A stretch of DNA of 64,000 bases from an uncultured virus (IMG/VR IMGVR_UViG_3300018080_007205) (IMGVR_UViG_3300018080_007205); one strand, 5' to 3'; positions 6,453 to 15,995 are shown, counted from the first letter of the stretch. The notes: a model not told the origin generated them from the letters alone. A program made the numbers and translations.

Positions 6453-7022
6453 CTAGAACCTTATCATCTCCCCCGGAGTCATGTCCATGTGCCAGCCGTC
6501 CGACTGTATGATGAAGGACACAATTCTGTTTACGCATTTGTCGACATCCTGTAAATCCGTGCGAAGCCGCAAATGTAACCCGATGGGAGGCTCATACGGC
6601 GCATCAACACCTGTCAGACCCTTAATATCACCGCGCCTGTGCTTTTCATAAAGACCTTTGGGGTCCCTCTTTCGGCACACTTCAACAGGGCAGTCGACAT
6701 GTATCTCGAAAAATGGCTTGCCGCTATCCTCAATCCTTTTCCTGGCATCTTCGCGACCGGAGGCATAAGGCGAAATTATGGCGCACACGGCCACCAAGCC
6801 AGCTTGCGCCATCAAAAGCGCCACCTCATAGGTGCGGCGGACATTTTCCACCCGACTCTCTTTATCCAGACCAAGCCCTGAGCACAAACCGCCCCTAAGC
6901 CTATCTCCGTCCAAAACATACGATTGTATACCAAGCTCCGAAAGCCTGGCATATAGCGCATCAGCCAAAGTAGTTTTTCCGGATCCGGGAATGCCTGTCA
7001 GCCAGACTACCGCGCCAGCCAT
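6453..7022 (-). CDS. cysC: adenylyl-sulfate kinase
   Basis: WLTGIPGSGKTT, LDGDRLR, ISPY, RDPKGLY, TGVDAPYEPP. Confidence 0.95.
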   Translation of the reverse strand: MAGAVVWLTGIPGSGKTTLADALYARLSELGIQSYVLDGDRLRGGLCSGLGLDKESRVENVRRTYEVALLMAQAGLVAVCAIISPYASGREDARKRIEDSGKPFFEIHVDCPVEVCRKRDPKGLYEKHRRGDIKGLTGVDAPYEPPIGLHLRLRTDLQDVDKCVNRIVSFIIQSDGWHMDMTPGEMIRF

Positions 7023-7030
7023 GTTACCTG

Positions 7031-7144
7031 CTACTCCACTTTCCCGAGCTTTTCACTGAGCTTCTTGTATCCCAGCTTGAGAAGGTACACCAGGAACGGG
7101 CTCGCAACCGCTCCGATGATAAGTCCGTAGAAAAATGGGCTCAT
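7031..7144 (-). CDS. small membrane peptide (37 aa)
   Basis: AGGAGG RBS; MSPFFYGLIIGAVASPFLVYLLK. Confidence 0.6.
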   Translation of the reverse strand: MSPFFYGLIIGAVASPFLVYLLKLGYKKLSEKLGKVE

Positions 7145-7209
7145 TTTCTTTTCCTCCTGTGACGGCCGATCGTGCGACCTACTATACATTGCTAGAATAT
7201 TGATAGGTT

Positions 7210-8517
7210 TCAGCCGGAATCGGAATCGTACACAAGCTCTGCGCGCCGGAACTTCCTTTTCCCGACCTGTAGCAGGTACGACCTGCCGCCGCGCAGCTCG
7301 GAAAACTTGTCCAGGATCCTGTGGCCGTCCACCTTGACTCCCCTTCCCTCTATCATGCGCCTGGCGTCGGACACGCTGGAGCACATGCCGAGATGCTTCA
7401 GAAGATGGGCAACGGGAAACTGCGGCACTTCCGACCATGACACCGTGACCGGCTCAAGGTCCGGAGCGACCCTTTCCTGCCCCTTGGGAGGATGCAGCAT
7501 GTCGAACTGGTTCCGGGCTTCCTCGGCAGCCTCCTCGCCATGGATGCTACTGACGATGTCGAACGCCAAAGCGACCTTCTCGGCCTTGCGCCCGCGCTGC
7601 GCGGCAGCCTGCCTCTCGCAGTCGTCGCCCGCCCACAGCAGCTCGTACCACTGGTCCATCGTCTCGTCCGAGATGCTCATGATCTTCCCGAACATCCCGT
7701 CCCTGCTGCCGATGTTGTACGGCGGGTCGCTGAGCGGTATATGGTTGTCCAGAGACTTGGACATCTTGCGCTTGCCGTCCAGGCCCAGAAGAAGATCGAC
7801 GGTGAGGATAATCTGCGGCTTCTTTCCGCAGGTCTCCATTAGGTCCCTGCCGACTGACAGGTTGAACAGCTGGTCCCTGCCGCCGAGCTCGATGTCCGGC
7901 TCAAGCACGACGGAATCATGCGCCTGCATGATCGGGTACATCAGCTCGTGCAGGCCGAGCGAAGCCCCGTCGTCCATGCGCTTGCGGAAATCGCGCCTGG
8001 CCAGCATCTGCTGTGTCGTGAATTTCTCAAGTATTCCCATGAACTCCGGCAAATCCATCTCCTCGAACCACCAGCTGTTGTACGAGAAGGCCGTGAGCCT
8101 GTCGTCAAGGAACTCCGTGATCTTGTCCAGGAATGGCTTCGCGTTGGCCTCCGCCTCGCCATGCGACAGCTTCGGCCTCTCGGCGCTGCGCCCCGTCGGG
8201 TCGCCGATCCTGGCCGTGAAGTCCCCGATAACCAGGCGCACGAAAAAGCCGGCCTCCTGGAACTGCCTCAGCTTGTTTATCAGGACGAAATGCCCTAGGT
8301 GCGGATCCCTGATTGTCGGATCAAATCCGCATTTGACCTGTAGCATGGTCTTCTCGCTGGCGCGCCTGCGCAGCTCCGGAAGCGCGGATTCCCACAGCTC
8401 CCTCGTCATGCCACGCGCCAGTTCGCTTTCGCCGGGGATGGGCGTGCTCTCCGGAGGAGGGTCCACATCAAACCCACCGGACTTCAGAACTTCCTTCTCG
8501 TCATCGCTCATCATCAC
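7210..8517 (-). CDS. tyrS: tyrosyl-tRNA synthetase
   Basis: GFDPT, HLGH, IGDFTARIGDPTG, YPIMQAHD, GGRDQLFN, KMSKS, C-terminal S4-like domain. Confidence 0.96.
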   Translation of the reverse strand: MMMSDDEKEVLKSGGFDVDPPPESTPIPGESELARGMTRELWESALPELRRRASEKTMLQVKCGFDPTIRDPHLGHFVLINKLRQFQEAGFFVRLVIGDFTARIGDPTGRSAERPKLSHGEAEANAKPFLDKITEFLDDRLTAFSYNSWWFEEMDLPEFMGILEKFTTQQMLARRDFRKRMDDGASLGLHELMYPIMQAHDSVVLEPDIELGGRDQLFNLSVGRDLMETCGKKPQIILTVDLLLGLDGKRKMSKSLDNHIPLSDPPYNIGSRDGMFGKIMSISDETMDQWYELLWAGDDCERQAAAQRGRKAEKVALAFDIVSSIHGEEAAEEARNQFDMLHPPKGQERVAPDLEPVTVSWSEVPQFPVAHLLKHLGMCSSVSDARRMIEGRGVKVDGHRILDKFSELRGGRSYLLQVGKRKFRRAELVYDSDSG

Positions 8518-9599
8518 TACATTTTCCTAATGGCACCCATAAACAGGGGAATGCTGTTGTTGTCGACGATCGCAAACGCGAACGACCTGTCCGCGCGCAG
8601 TATCATGTCCGGACTTTCACAGCATCTCCTGAGACACATTGCGGTGGCTGCCGCGGCCTCTGAGCCCTTCTCGTCAACCTCTATCTTGGCCTTGTGGACG
8701 ATTCCACCCACGAAAAGGTCGTTGCTCTCGGCGATGCCGGAAAAATCCGCCTCCCCGGAAACAAAGGCATTGGGCATCCCCATCTCCCGCAGATGGCTTG
8801 CCAGCATGTATTCCGTCGACTCGCTGAACTTCGGAATGTACATCCGCACATCGCGCTCAACGAAGCGGGTCCGGAGGGATGCCGCAAGGGCATCGGCAAG
8901 GGATGTTCCCTTTTCCGGCAGCGCAATCACCATGCGGCAGCTCCCGTCGCCGTACGGAAGAGCAGCTGCCTTGACGATGCTGTTTGAGAAAAACGGAATG
9001 TCGTCGCCTTTTCTGTACATCATGTCCACAACGACTTCCGTGCCGTCGTCATTGAAGAACGGCGACTGGCTGGTATGCCTGGCATTGAACGGCACCGCCC
9101 AGTCAGCCTTAAAATACACGGCATTTGCCAGCACCATAGCTGTCGCCCTGATCATGTCGGGGGACAAGAGGTCGCTGATCAGACCGCGCGTCTTTTCGGA
9201 AACCCACTTGTTGACCTGGTCGCACACAGCCTCCGCGTCCTTGAAGTCGACGCGGCGGACCATCTCACACGCCTCTCCGACGAACGACAGATATGAGTCC
9301 TTGACCGCCAGCTTTTCGTCGATCAGCGCGGCATTGGCGGAATCGATCCGGACGCTTCCGGTGGACATGTCCCTCTGCCGCAAAAGCTCCAGAGCTGCCA
9401 TGTCGCCGAACCCCAGCACATCCTTCATCTGCTCGAACGTGTCTCCGTTGGCTCCCGCCATCGCAAGCGACAGGGCGCTCGCTATGCTGAAGGGTGAAAT
9501 GAAAGCGTTCTCGTCTTTCGGCAGCCTGCCAAGCAGCTCCAGACCGAAATGTGTGAGTCCACCGCGCAGCGCGCTGGTGTTTTCATTCAGTATCTTCAT
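8517..9599 (-). CDS. serpin (serine protease inhibitor)
   Basis: NAFISPFSI, INKWV-like motif, NAVYFKADW, IEVDEKGSEAAAAT hinge, ADRSFAFAI, LFMG. Confidence 0.94.
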   Translation of the reverse strand: MKILNENTSALRGGLTHFGLELLGRLPKDENAFISPFSIASALSLAMAGANGDTFEQMKDVLGFGDMAALELLRQRDMSTGSVRIDSANAALIDEKLAVKDSYLSFVGEACEMVRRVDFKDAEAVCDQVNKWVSEKTRGLISDLLSPDMIRATAMVLANAVYFKADWAVPFNARHTSQSPFFNDDGTEVVVDMMYRKGDDIPFFSNSIVKAAALPYGDGSCRMVIALPEKGTSLADALAASLRTRFVERDVRMYIPKFSESTEYMLASHLREMGMPNAFVSGEADFSGIAESNDLFVGGIVHKAKIEVDEKGSEAAAATAMCLRRCCESPDMILRADRSFAFAIVDNNSIPLFMGAIRKM

Positions 9600-9609
9600 T
9601 TTACAATCC

Positions 9610-9999
9610 TCAATCTTTCGGCGGCGCGCCGCCATGCCCGTTCTCGCAGCATGGTCCGGACGGCGTGCGATACTGCGCCTCTCCGCACACGGAGCACAAC
9701 TCCCCGTTCAGCGGCCAGTCGATCACTTTTTTGCTATGAAACTTCGGAGGGAGATCATCATCTCCGACATGCCTGCGAACCAATCCCACATTGGCGTGCC
9801 AATCCTGAACCGGATGGTTCTCCGCTAAAAAATCGGCCCATTGCCTAAGTTCGTCCTCGCCTTTTTTAAGCTCCTTTATGCTGCGCGCAAGCTCCTCCTT
9901 TTGCTCTGCCACCTTGTCGCGCAAAGGGGCAAGGAACTTGTTCGTCTTATACAGCATCTTCTGCGCATTGCGCACTATCGGGGAAATTTCAGCCATCAC
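9610..9999 (-). CDS. hypothetical protein (coiled coil + Cys motif)
   Basis: Coupled ORF; CSVCG...CENGHGG. Confidence 0.6.
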   Translation of the reverse strand: MMAEISPIVRNAQKMLYKTNKFLAPLRDKVAEQKEELARSIKELKKGEDELRQWADFLAENHPVQDWHANVGLVRRHVGDDDLPPKFHSKKVIDWPLNGELCSVCGEAQYRTPSGPCCENGHGGAPPKD

Positions 10000-10292
10000 A
10001 CATCCCTCGTGTACATGCCGTAGTCCACGCCGCAGCAGGCTCCGACATAATTGATGAAGTCGACCACTATAGCCTTGCGGATCTCCCTCAGTTCGCCTGG
10101 CTTGAACGGAAAAAACACCTCATGCTCGCATTCCTCACCCGCGGGAACCCATCCGTACAGAGTCAGGCGACCGTCGGCCGCCAGCTTCGCCCACCCCTTC
10201 TTCACGCCGTCCTGGTCCCTGATCTCGCCCTTCTGGTCGTCGCTCCTGCCGCGCTCGTCCATGGCAAAGAATATCTGTGCTGCGGTGCTCAT
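9996..10292 (-). CDS. hypothetical protein
   Basis: AAGGAAG RBS, coupled stop/start. Confidence 0.6.
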   Translation of the reverse strand: MSTAAQIFFAMDERGRSDDQKGEIRDQDGVKKGWAKLAADGRLTLYGWVPAGEECEHEVFFPFKPGELREIRKAIVVDFINYVGACCGVDYGMYTRDV

Positions 10293-10509
10293 CTTCCTTA
10301 GAAGCTCCCCGCTGTTGGGGGTGCTTTTTAAACTGCAGGACCGGCTTGGCCTTTTCGAGGTATTCGGAAATGACCCTTTCGGCTTCGGCAGCTATGTCCG
10401 CCTTGGTGCCTGAATCCACGCTGTTCATATGGCTGTTGCGCCTGACGGATCCGTCCGCCTTCCCCTTATACTCCTCGCCCCACGCGCTGACTATCTCAAA
10501 CGGCTTCAT
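10135..10509 (-). CDS. hypothetical protein (3' end overlaps next gene)
   Basis: ORF fills 10290-10509 gap; long overlap makes the end uncertain. Confidence 0.4.
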   Translation of the reverse strand: MKPFEIVSAWGEEYKGKADGSVRRNSHMNSVDSGTKADIAAEAERVISEYLEKAKPVLQFKKHPQQRGASKEDEHRSTDILCHGRARQERRPEGRDQGPGRREEGVGEAGGRRSPDSVRMGSRG

Positions 10510-10590
10510 GACGACATGACTCCATTCATGAAAACGGCCACAGCGATCATCGCCCCAGCCCAGAAAACGGCCTCCGGCAGGGACAGGCTG

Positions 10591-11046
10591 CTAATGTCCA
10601 TCAGGATATCCTCCTCCGTATCGCTCGACCAGCTCGTCGAGCATCGTCTCGAACACCAGATAGTTGACGGTGAAATCCCTGACGGGCTCGTCATTGTAGT
10701 ACACAGAAATGGCGTTGGCCATGCTCAGGCTCCTGCTGGTCCCCATCAAACAGTGGAGTATGACATGCTCCACGCCCGTCCTCTCCAGCATGTCTACAAC
10801 CTTGGCAGCCATATGCCTGTTGAACGGCACGCATCCCGCACACGACAGCAGCTCGTCCGGCGGAGGCAGCGGATTCCCCCACCTGCCGATGTCGCTAAAA
10901 GCAAGGTACAGCACCTCTCGCGTATGCTCGTTCGTGACCGGCTTTGGACGCTCATCCTTCGGGAAGCATATGGACACTATGGCATGCGGCTCGCGCAGGT
11001 CGTTGCCGGCTTCAGCCGCCTCCAAGTTCTTGACGTACAGTCTCAT
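10591..11046 (-). CDS. protein-tyrosine/dual-specificity phosphatase-like
   Basis: CX5R loop HCLMGTSRS, LAFSDI; start at ATGA overlap. Confidence 0.8.
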   Translation of the reverse strand: MRLYVKNLEAAEAGNDLREPHAIVSICFPKDERPKPVTNEHTREVLYLAFSDIGRWGNPLPPPDELLSCAGCVPFNRHMAAKVVDMLERTGVEHVILHCLMGTSRSLSMANAISVYYNDEPVRDFTVNYLVFETMLDELVERYGGGYPDGH

Positions 11047-11252
11047 GACTTGATGATAAACGCGACAAAAATGATCAGCAGTATCAAGACCATAAAAGAG
11101 ATGGGCATCCAGAGCGGTGCCGTGACCCAGAACCACGACCATCCGATGTGCCCCGTAAGCTTCAGCACCATGAAGATCAGAAACATGAGCCCGAAAATCC
11201 CTATGGACGGTCCGGTCTTTACAGTGACCTTGTCTTCCTTTTTATCTCCCAT
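11043..11252 (-). CDS. small membrane protein
   Basis: FMVLKLTGHIGWSWFWVTAPLW, two hydrophobic segments. Confidence 0.75.
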   Translation of the reverse strand: MGDKKEDKVTVKTGPSIGIFGLMFLIFMVLKLTGHIGWSWFWVTAPLWMPISFMVLILLIIFVAFIIKS

Positions 11253-11282
11253 TATCCTTCCTTTTGGACAGTGTAGAAACAG

Positions 11283-11828
11283 CTACCACACACAAAAACA
11301 CAGCAAAGCGAAAAACTCTACAATCCAAACTATGCCGCCAAACGCCAGCCACTTGACCGTTCTGTTGGCGTTTTCCAGCTTCCAGCTCAAGCTCTTGTTC
11401 TCCGCCTCCATATCCTTCACAACATGCCAAACATCCCCGCGATACGGCGCCCCTGACGGCTCGATTTTCCTCCGCATCGTGGACCTGACAGCCATGTGCT
11501 CCGTACGCTGTGCGATATCGCAAGCGCCGTCGGCCACCGCGACGATTTTGCGTTCAACCTTCTTAATGCGACCGAGATCCCTAGCCTCATCCGTAATTCT
11601 GAACGGAAGGTCGTTCGCCATAAGCGCTTCGACGGGAATGTCTGTCTTCTTTTCTGCGCAGGCCAGGCAGACTTTCAGCATCTCCATGTAAGTACAGATC
11701 GGGGCGGAAAACGAACGACCGCATTCCTTACAAATGATCCCATGTGAAACTACGCCCAAGTCGTTTCCTCCATACATTCTGACTTTCTTCTTCATTTCCT
11801 CGTCGTAGCACCCAAGGTCGTCTGGCAT
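11283..11828 (-). CDS. hypothetical protein, Zn-binding N-terminus, C-terminal TM
   Basis: CKEC/CLAC pairs, hydrophobic tail. Confidence 0.6.
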   Translation of the reverse strand: MPDDLGCYDEEMKKKVRMYGGNDLGVVSHGIICKECGRSFSAPICTYMEMLKVCLACAEKKTDIPVEALMANDLPFRITDEARDLGRIKKVERKIVAVADGACDIAQRTEHMAVRSTMRRKIEPSGAPYRGDVWHVVKDMEAENKSLSWKLENANRTVKWLAFGGIVWIVEFFALLCFCVW

Positions 11829-11829
11829 G

Positions 11830-12129
11830 TCAGCCTCCCCTTCCCCTGCGCCTCGTCCCCTTGGCTCTGCGCGCCTTGTACCTGCGCCCAGGTGGCTTCT
11901 TGGCGACCCATTTTAGAAACTTCTGAAACGACTCGTCGGAAAGCAGCGACTCGACGCTGCCGAACTCCTCCTCCAGCCGCTTGTTCGTGTACAGGGCATG
12001 GATCTGGCTGTGGCAGTCGTTGCAAATCGCCTCCGTGTCCCTGCCGCCCCTGCTTCTTGGCACCAGGTGATGGTCGGACATCTTGACGCCGTCGCGCCCG
12101 CACAGGGGGCACATGCCCATTTGCCGCAT
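11830..12129 (-). CDS. HNH endonuclease (small)
   Basis: CPLC...DHHLVPRSRGG...ICNDCHSQIH. Confidence 0.88.
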   Translation of the reverse strand: MRQMGMCPLCGRDGVKMSDHHLVPRSRGGRDTEAICNDCHSQIHALYTNKRLEEEFGSVESLLSDESFQKFLKWVAKKPPGRRYKARRAKGTRRRGRGG

Positions 12130-12134
12130 TTAAG

Positions 12135-12377
12135 CTATCCACTACACTTGGGGTTGGGGCATTCCTTGGCTACGGATGTGAACAGGGGCACGTCCACAAG
12201 CCTGGTCCAGCACTTCGGGCATCTTTTACCCCCACTTACTTCTTTTCGCTGCGCTCTTCTGTGCTTCTCGATTTCCGAAACACGCTTTAGCAGTTCCATG
12301 ATATGCCGGTCTTCAAAACTGTTTCTGGAGGGAAACCTGCCGACATATTTGGGAGTTCCCAAGATGAAAATTTCCAT
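12135..12377 (-). CDS. hypothetical protein with zinc ribbon
   Basis: CPKC...LFTSVAKECPNPKC. Confidence 0.6.
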   Translation of the reverse strand: MEIFILGTPKYVGRFPSRNSFEDRHIMELLKRVSEIEKHRRAQRKEVSGGKRCPKCWTRLVDVPLFTSVAKECPNPKCSG

Positions 12378-12416
12378 GAAAAACCTCTTGACAAATGCGG
12401 TCGCCGGAGGATACTT

Positions 12417-12854
12417 TTAAATCGACCGCGCAGGGGAGGGGGTTTGGGGTTCCTTATATATACACTCTATACTATCTACTACTTTATCTAGTCTTTTCTT
12501 TATATCACATTCCCACACTTGTATTACCCGCCATCCCATTTTCTCAAGCTCGGCAACGACCCTCTTGTCCCTTGCCTTGTTGCGCGCGAGCTTCTTGCGC
12601 CAATAATCGGTGTTCGACTTGGGCTCCCTGTAGCATCCCTCATGACCGTGCCAAAAGCATCCGTGGCAGAACACGGCAAGTTTCTTTCTGTGCATTACCA
12701 TGTCCGGCTTACCGGGCAGCTTCTTGGAGTGGAGCCTGTAGCGCATGCCCCGCTTGAACACGGCTTTCCTGAGACGCAGTTCGGGCTTGGTGTCTTTGCT
12801 GCGGATGCGTGACATCACCTCGCTGCGCTTTTTCTTGGTGAATATGTCAGCCAT
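12417..12854 (-). CDS. vsr: very short patch repair endonuclease
   Basis: RSEVMSRIRSKDTKPE, LPGKPD, FCHGCFWHGH, WRVIQVWEC. Confidence 0.95.
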   Translation of the reverse strand: MADIFTKKKRSEVMSRIRSKDTKPELRLRKAVFKRGMRYRLHSKKLPGKPDMVMHRKKLAVFCHGCFWHGHEGCYREPKSNTDYWRKKLARNKARDKRVVAELEKMGWRVIQVWECDIKKRLDKVVDSIECIYKEPQTPSPARSI

Positions 12855-13107
12855 TTAAATGATCGCGCACGCTCGCGCAGTCGCCCTTCTCCAGCGCGTC
12901 TATCAATGGGTTGACCCACGTGTCCCTGTACAGCTGAGTTCTCCTGCGTATGAACTCCGTGACTTCCTTCTCCGTTTTCGGAAGAGGGTCGCCCTCGGAA
13001 CATCCTATCCTCCCAAAATGCGCGTTTTCAAAGTTGACGAGACTCCTAAGCTGCTTCAGGACCTGCCTCCGCCATTTTGGCGTCTTCCCTTTGCCGTCAG
13101 TTGTCAT
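12847..13107 (-). CDS. hypothetical protein
   Basis: Coupled ORF with GGAG RBS. Confidence 0.6.
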   Translation of the reverse strand: MTTDGKGKTPKWRRQVLKQLRSLVNFENAHFGRIGCSEGDPLPKTEKEVTEFIRRRTQLYRDTWVNPLIDALEKGDCASVRDHLNG

Positions 13108-13810
13108 AGCGCTCCGCCTTTTCGACCATCTCGCGGCGCAGCTCGTCTTCCACCATGACCATCACCTTCTCGGTGTTCGTCCGCTCCTGCCATGCCATGT
13201 ATGCGGAAAGACCCATGATGATCGCAATGAGCCACTGGCCGTACGCCACCGAAACGGCACCGACGACTGAAGCTAGGATATACGTTGTTATCTCGGCAAT
13301 CTTTGTGGCTTTCCTCGGACCTTTCCTGATGGATAGGAGCCCTCGCAGGACACGACCTCCATCCAGCGGAAACACGGGAACCAGGTTGAATACGCCGACG
13401 AGCGCGTTCACCCAAAACAGGTAATACAGCATGAAGTTTTCCGGCCACATGGCGTACAGCGGATAGCTGGCGGCTGCCAGTATCGCGGACGCCGCGGGAC
13501 CGGCCAAGGCGACCCTTATCTCGTCTTTCGGAGGATAGAGGCACAGGGGCGCGTCCATGTTGGCGGCGCCTCCGAGTCCGTGGAACACGACGCTCCTGAC
13601 GCCAATCCCGACGCGCTTCGCCACAAGCACATGGCCATACTCGTGGAACAGGATTGACGCCGATATGAGCACAAACAGCCCGAGCCCGACCGACACTCCA
13701 AGGGCCGTCACGGCAAGTAGCAGTATAATGACTACGGAGAAATGAATGTGAAGCGGCACGCCAAGCGGCCGCAGCTTTGTGTCGAAACTCATTTGAGGGG
13801 TCATCTTCAC
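13097..13810 (-). CDS. M50 family site-2 metalloprotease
   Basis: HEYGH, VALAGP, FNLVPVFPLDGGR, multiple TM helices. Confidence 0.93.
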   Translation of the reverse strand: MKMTPQMSFDTKLRPLGVPLHIHFSVVIILLLAVTALGVSVGLGLFVLISASILFHEYGHVLVAKRVGIGVRSVVFHGLGGAANMDAPLCLYPPKDEIRVALAGPAASAILAAASYPLYAMWPENFMLYYLFWVNALVGVFNLVPVFPLDGGRVLRGLLSIRKGPRKATKIAEITTYILASVVGAVSVAYGQWLIAIIMGLSAYMAWQERTNTEKVMVMVEDELRREMVEKAERYDN

Positions 13811-13819
13811 CCTTTCGGT

Positions 13820-15586
13820 TTAGCCGTATCCGTCTTCGCTTTTCTTTTCTTTCGGTCTGGCTGCCCTGATGAGCCTGACCAGCTTGCCGTGCTTCCCCCT
13901 AATTGCGCATCCGGCGGCGAACGGATGCCCCCCGCCGCCCATTGCCTTTGCGATCTCCGACACGTCCAGCCTCTGGTTGGACGTGCGCAGCCTGACCTCT
14001 CCACCTGGTGATATGAGACACACGGATTCGCTCATGCGGGACATGATGGACATGATGTCGGTGATTGCCCACGACGGAACAGGTTCGCTGATCCGCACTA
14101 TCATGAACCCGTTGCGGCACCTGGACGTCCTTGCAGACTGCATGGCCGACAGGACGATGCCGCTGTTGATCTGGTCGACGACCCACACCGTCTCCTGGGC
14201 TATGCTGTCCTCGACGTCCAGCGTGGTCAGAAGCTGCGCCATTTCGGACATTCTCCTTCTAAACAGCGTATCGCCGTAGATGCCGGCTATCAGTATGTCG
14301 TCCCTGATGCCGAAGCACCTGACGAGGATCCCGGCGGTGCTGCACATGTCGATTACGAACACGCCGTTCTCCGGGTCGTGCTTTTTTATCCTGGTGGCGT
14401 GGTGGTCGATATTTAAGATTGGAAGGTCTCCGACTTCCCACCCGATGCGTTCTTTTTCCCATCCGGAATCCAGCACGATTATCTGTTCGGCGTCCTCCGG
14501 CATTTTTTTGAACGACGCTTCTGGCGGCACCATGTCCGCCAAGTTGGAAGGCATGTCGCCCTCCAGCCTGATAGACGACGGCACTCCGTGCTCCGCGAGG
14601 TGCCTGTGAACTGCCACGCACGACGACACCGCATCGGCGTCTGGGTGCGCATGCGCCGTTATAACCGATTTTCTTAGGGGAATGGCATACAGTTTCGTGC
14701 GTTTTTCGATGATGTCTGCAATCTGGTCCGGTGCGGTGACGACCTCCCACAATAATCCGCATTCTATATAGTGCCTAATTTTTGGATGGTCTTCGTCGTA
14801 GGGCGGCTTGCGCGACTGACCAAGTCCATCGACTTCGACCCATACCTCGGTGTTATTGTTAAGGTACACGATAAAGTCGCAACTCCACCAACGCTTGTAT
14901 GTGATTCGCACATCCCCGGCGTATCCGCGGATTTTTCTTGACAACTTCATGGCGAAAAGCTCATCCGCAACGAGCATATTCAGGTTCGACGCGTATTGTT
15001 TGCCATCTTGACCAGTATACTCCGGTCTGCCCTTGTCCTTGCGTATTGACTCGTAGTCCAGGCCGCAAGCCTCAAGCGTCTTTTTCCACGACCCCAGGAA
15101 CTTCTCAGCAGCCCTGAGAAGCTTTGGATGGCGGTAGTAGGCATGCTTGTAGTTCAGCGGCTCAGATGCGTCCTGAAGCTCTCTGACAGCCTCCAGTACC
15201 CTGTTCCTGTCCCACTCAGGCTCTTCGGACGCAACGCCAGCCTGCTCCAAGGCGGAATTCCACGACCCGAACTCCCGCTTGGCGGCACTGTACAGCCCCG
15301 AGGCGCTTTTTCCTATTGTTTCCGGAGAGATATCTTTGCCAGCAAGCGACAGTCTTCCTATCTCCGCAATAATGCGACCTTTTGTCCAATTGTGCGTCGC
15401 CTTGAGTTCGTAGTCGACCCCGCATGACTCAAGAGCCTTGCGCCACGATCCGAACACAGAGCGTGCAGAACCGTACAGGGAAGGATATTCCTCCCTGATT
15501 GCCCCGCCGCCGAGATAGACCCCGTCCGCATCCAGCGCCTTGATGGAAGCGCGGATCTTCTCTTTCGACCATACGCTGCTGTTCAT
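13820..15586 (-). CDS. fusion: helical DNA-binding repeats + PD-(D/E)xK-like nuclease + DHH/DHHA1 phosphoesterase
   Basis: Three FGSW..AL...G repeats; CDFIV...WVEVDG; HAHPDADA, IDHH, GDT, GGGGH. Confidence 0.8.
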   Translation of the reverse strand: MNSSVWSKEKIRASIKALDADGVYLGGGAIREEYPSLYGSARSVFGSWRKALESCGVDYELKATHNWTKGRIIAEIGRLSLAGKDISPETIGKSASGLYSAAKREFGSWNSALEQAGVASEEPEWDRNRVLEAVRELQDASEPLNYKHAYYRHPKLLRAAEKFLGSWKKTLEACGLDYESIRKDKGRPEYTGQDGKQYASNLNMLVADELFAMKLSRKIRGYAGDVRITYKRWWSCDFIVYLNNNTEVWVEVDGLGQSRKPPYDEDHPKIRHYIECGLLWEVVTAPDQIADIIEKRTKLYAIPLRKSVITAHAHPDADAVSSCVAVHRHLAEHGVPSSIRLEGDMPSNLADMVPPEASFKKMPEDAEQIIVLDSGWEKERIGWEVGDLPILNIDHHATRIKKHDPENGVFVIDMCSTAGILVRCFGIRDDILIAGIYGDTLFRRRMSEMAQLLTTLDVEDSIAQETVWVVDQINSGIVLSAMQSARTSRCRNGFMIVRISEPVPSWAITDIMSIMSRMSESVCLISPGGEVRLRTSNQRLDVSEIAKAMGGGGHPFAAGCAIRGKHGKLVRLIRAARPKEKKSEDGYG

Positions 15587-15606
15587 AATTTCCTTTTGGA
15601 AGGATG

Positions 15607-15903
15607 CTACATGTTTTCTGACAAAAAGCGGTCTATTTCTTCCTGAGAACGCAGACCTGTCAGGCGCGCGCACATACACCCCTTGTCCCTGACCAGGACA
15701 AGAGTTGGAATGGACCTTATACCGTATTTCACGGCAACTGACGGGTCCTCGTCTATATTGACGCTTTCCAGCTTGACCCCGCCGTGCTTTTCCATAACCG
15801 ACTCCAGAACGGGAGCTATTGCCTTACAGGGGGCGCACCACGGTGCCCAGAATTTCAACAGGAGGGGCTTGTCCTTTTTTTCAACACCGGCATCAGTTGC
15901 CAT
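15607..15903 (-). CDS. trxA: thioredoxin
   Basis: FWAPWCAPCK, IRSIPTL; GGAGG RBS before 15903. Confidence 0.93.
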   Translation of the reverse strand: MATDAGVEKKDKPLLLKFWAPWCAPCKAIAPVLESVMEKHGGVKLESVNIDEDPSVAVKYGIRSIPTLVLVRDKGCMCARLTGLRSQEEIDRFLSENM

Positions 15904-15939
15904 TTCCACAGTTCCTCCGTAGGCGAATTCAAAAACTAC

Positions 15940-15967
15940 AAAAGCGACGGCAATCCTAAGCCGCCGC
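15940..15967 (-). terminator. terminator-like hairpin upstream of thioredoxin
   Basis: GCGGCGGC/GCCGTCGC followed by TTTT. Confidence 0.55.
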
Positions 15968-15995
15968 AAGAAACCAGTTCCCGGAGTATGGTTGA

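Noticed and set aside
12433..12449. G-quadruplex at GGGGAGGGGGTTTGGGG
   Set aside because: Only three G-runs are present, and it lies within the vsr 3' coding end.
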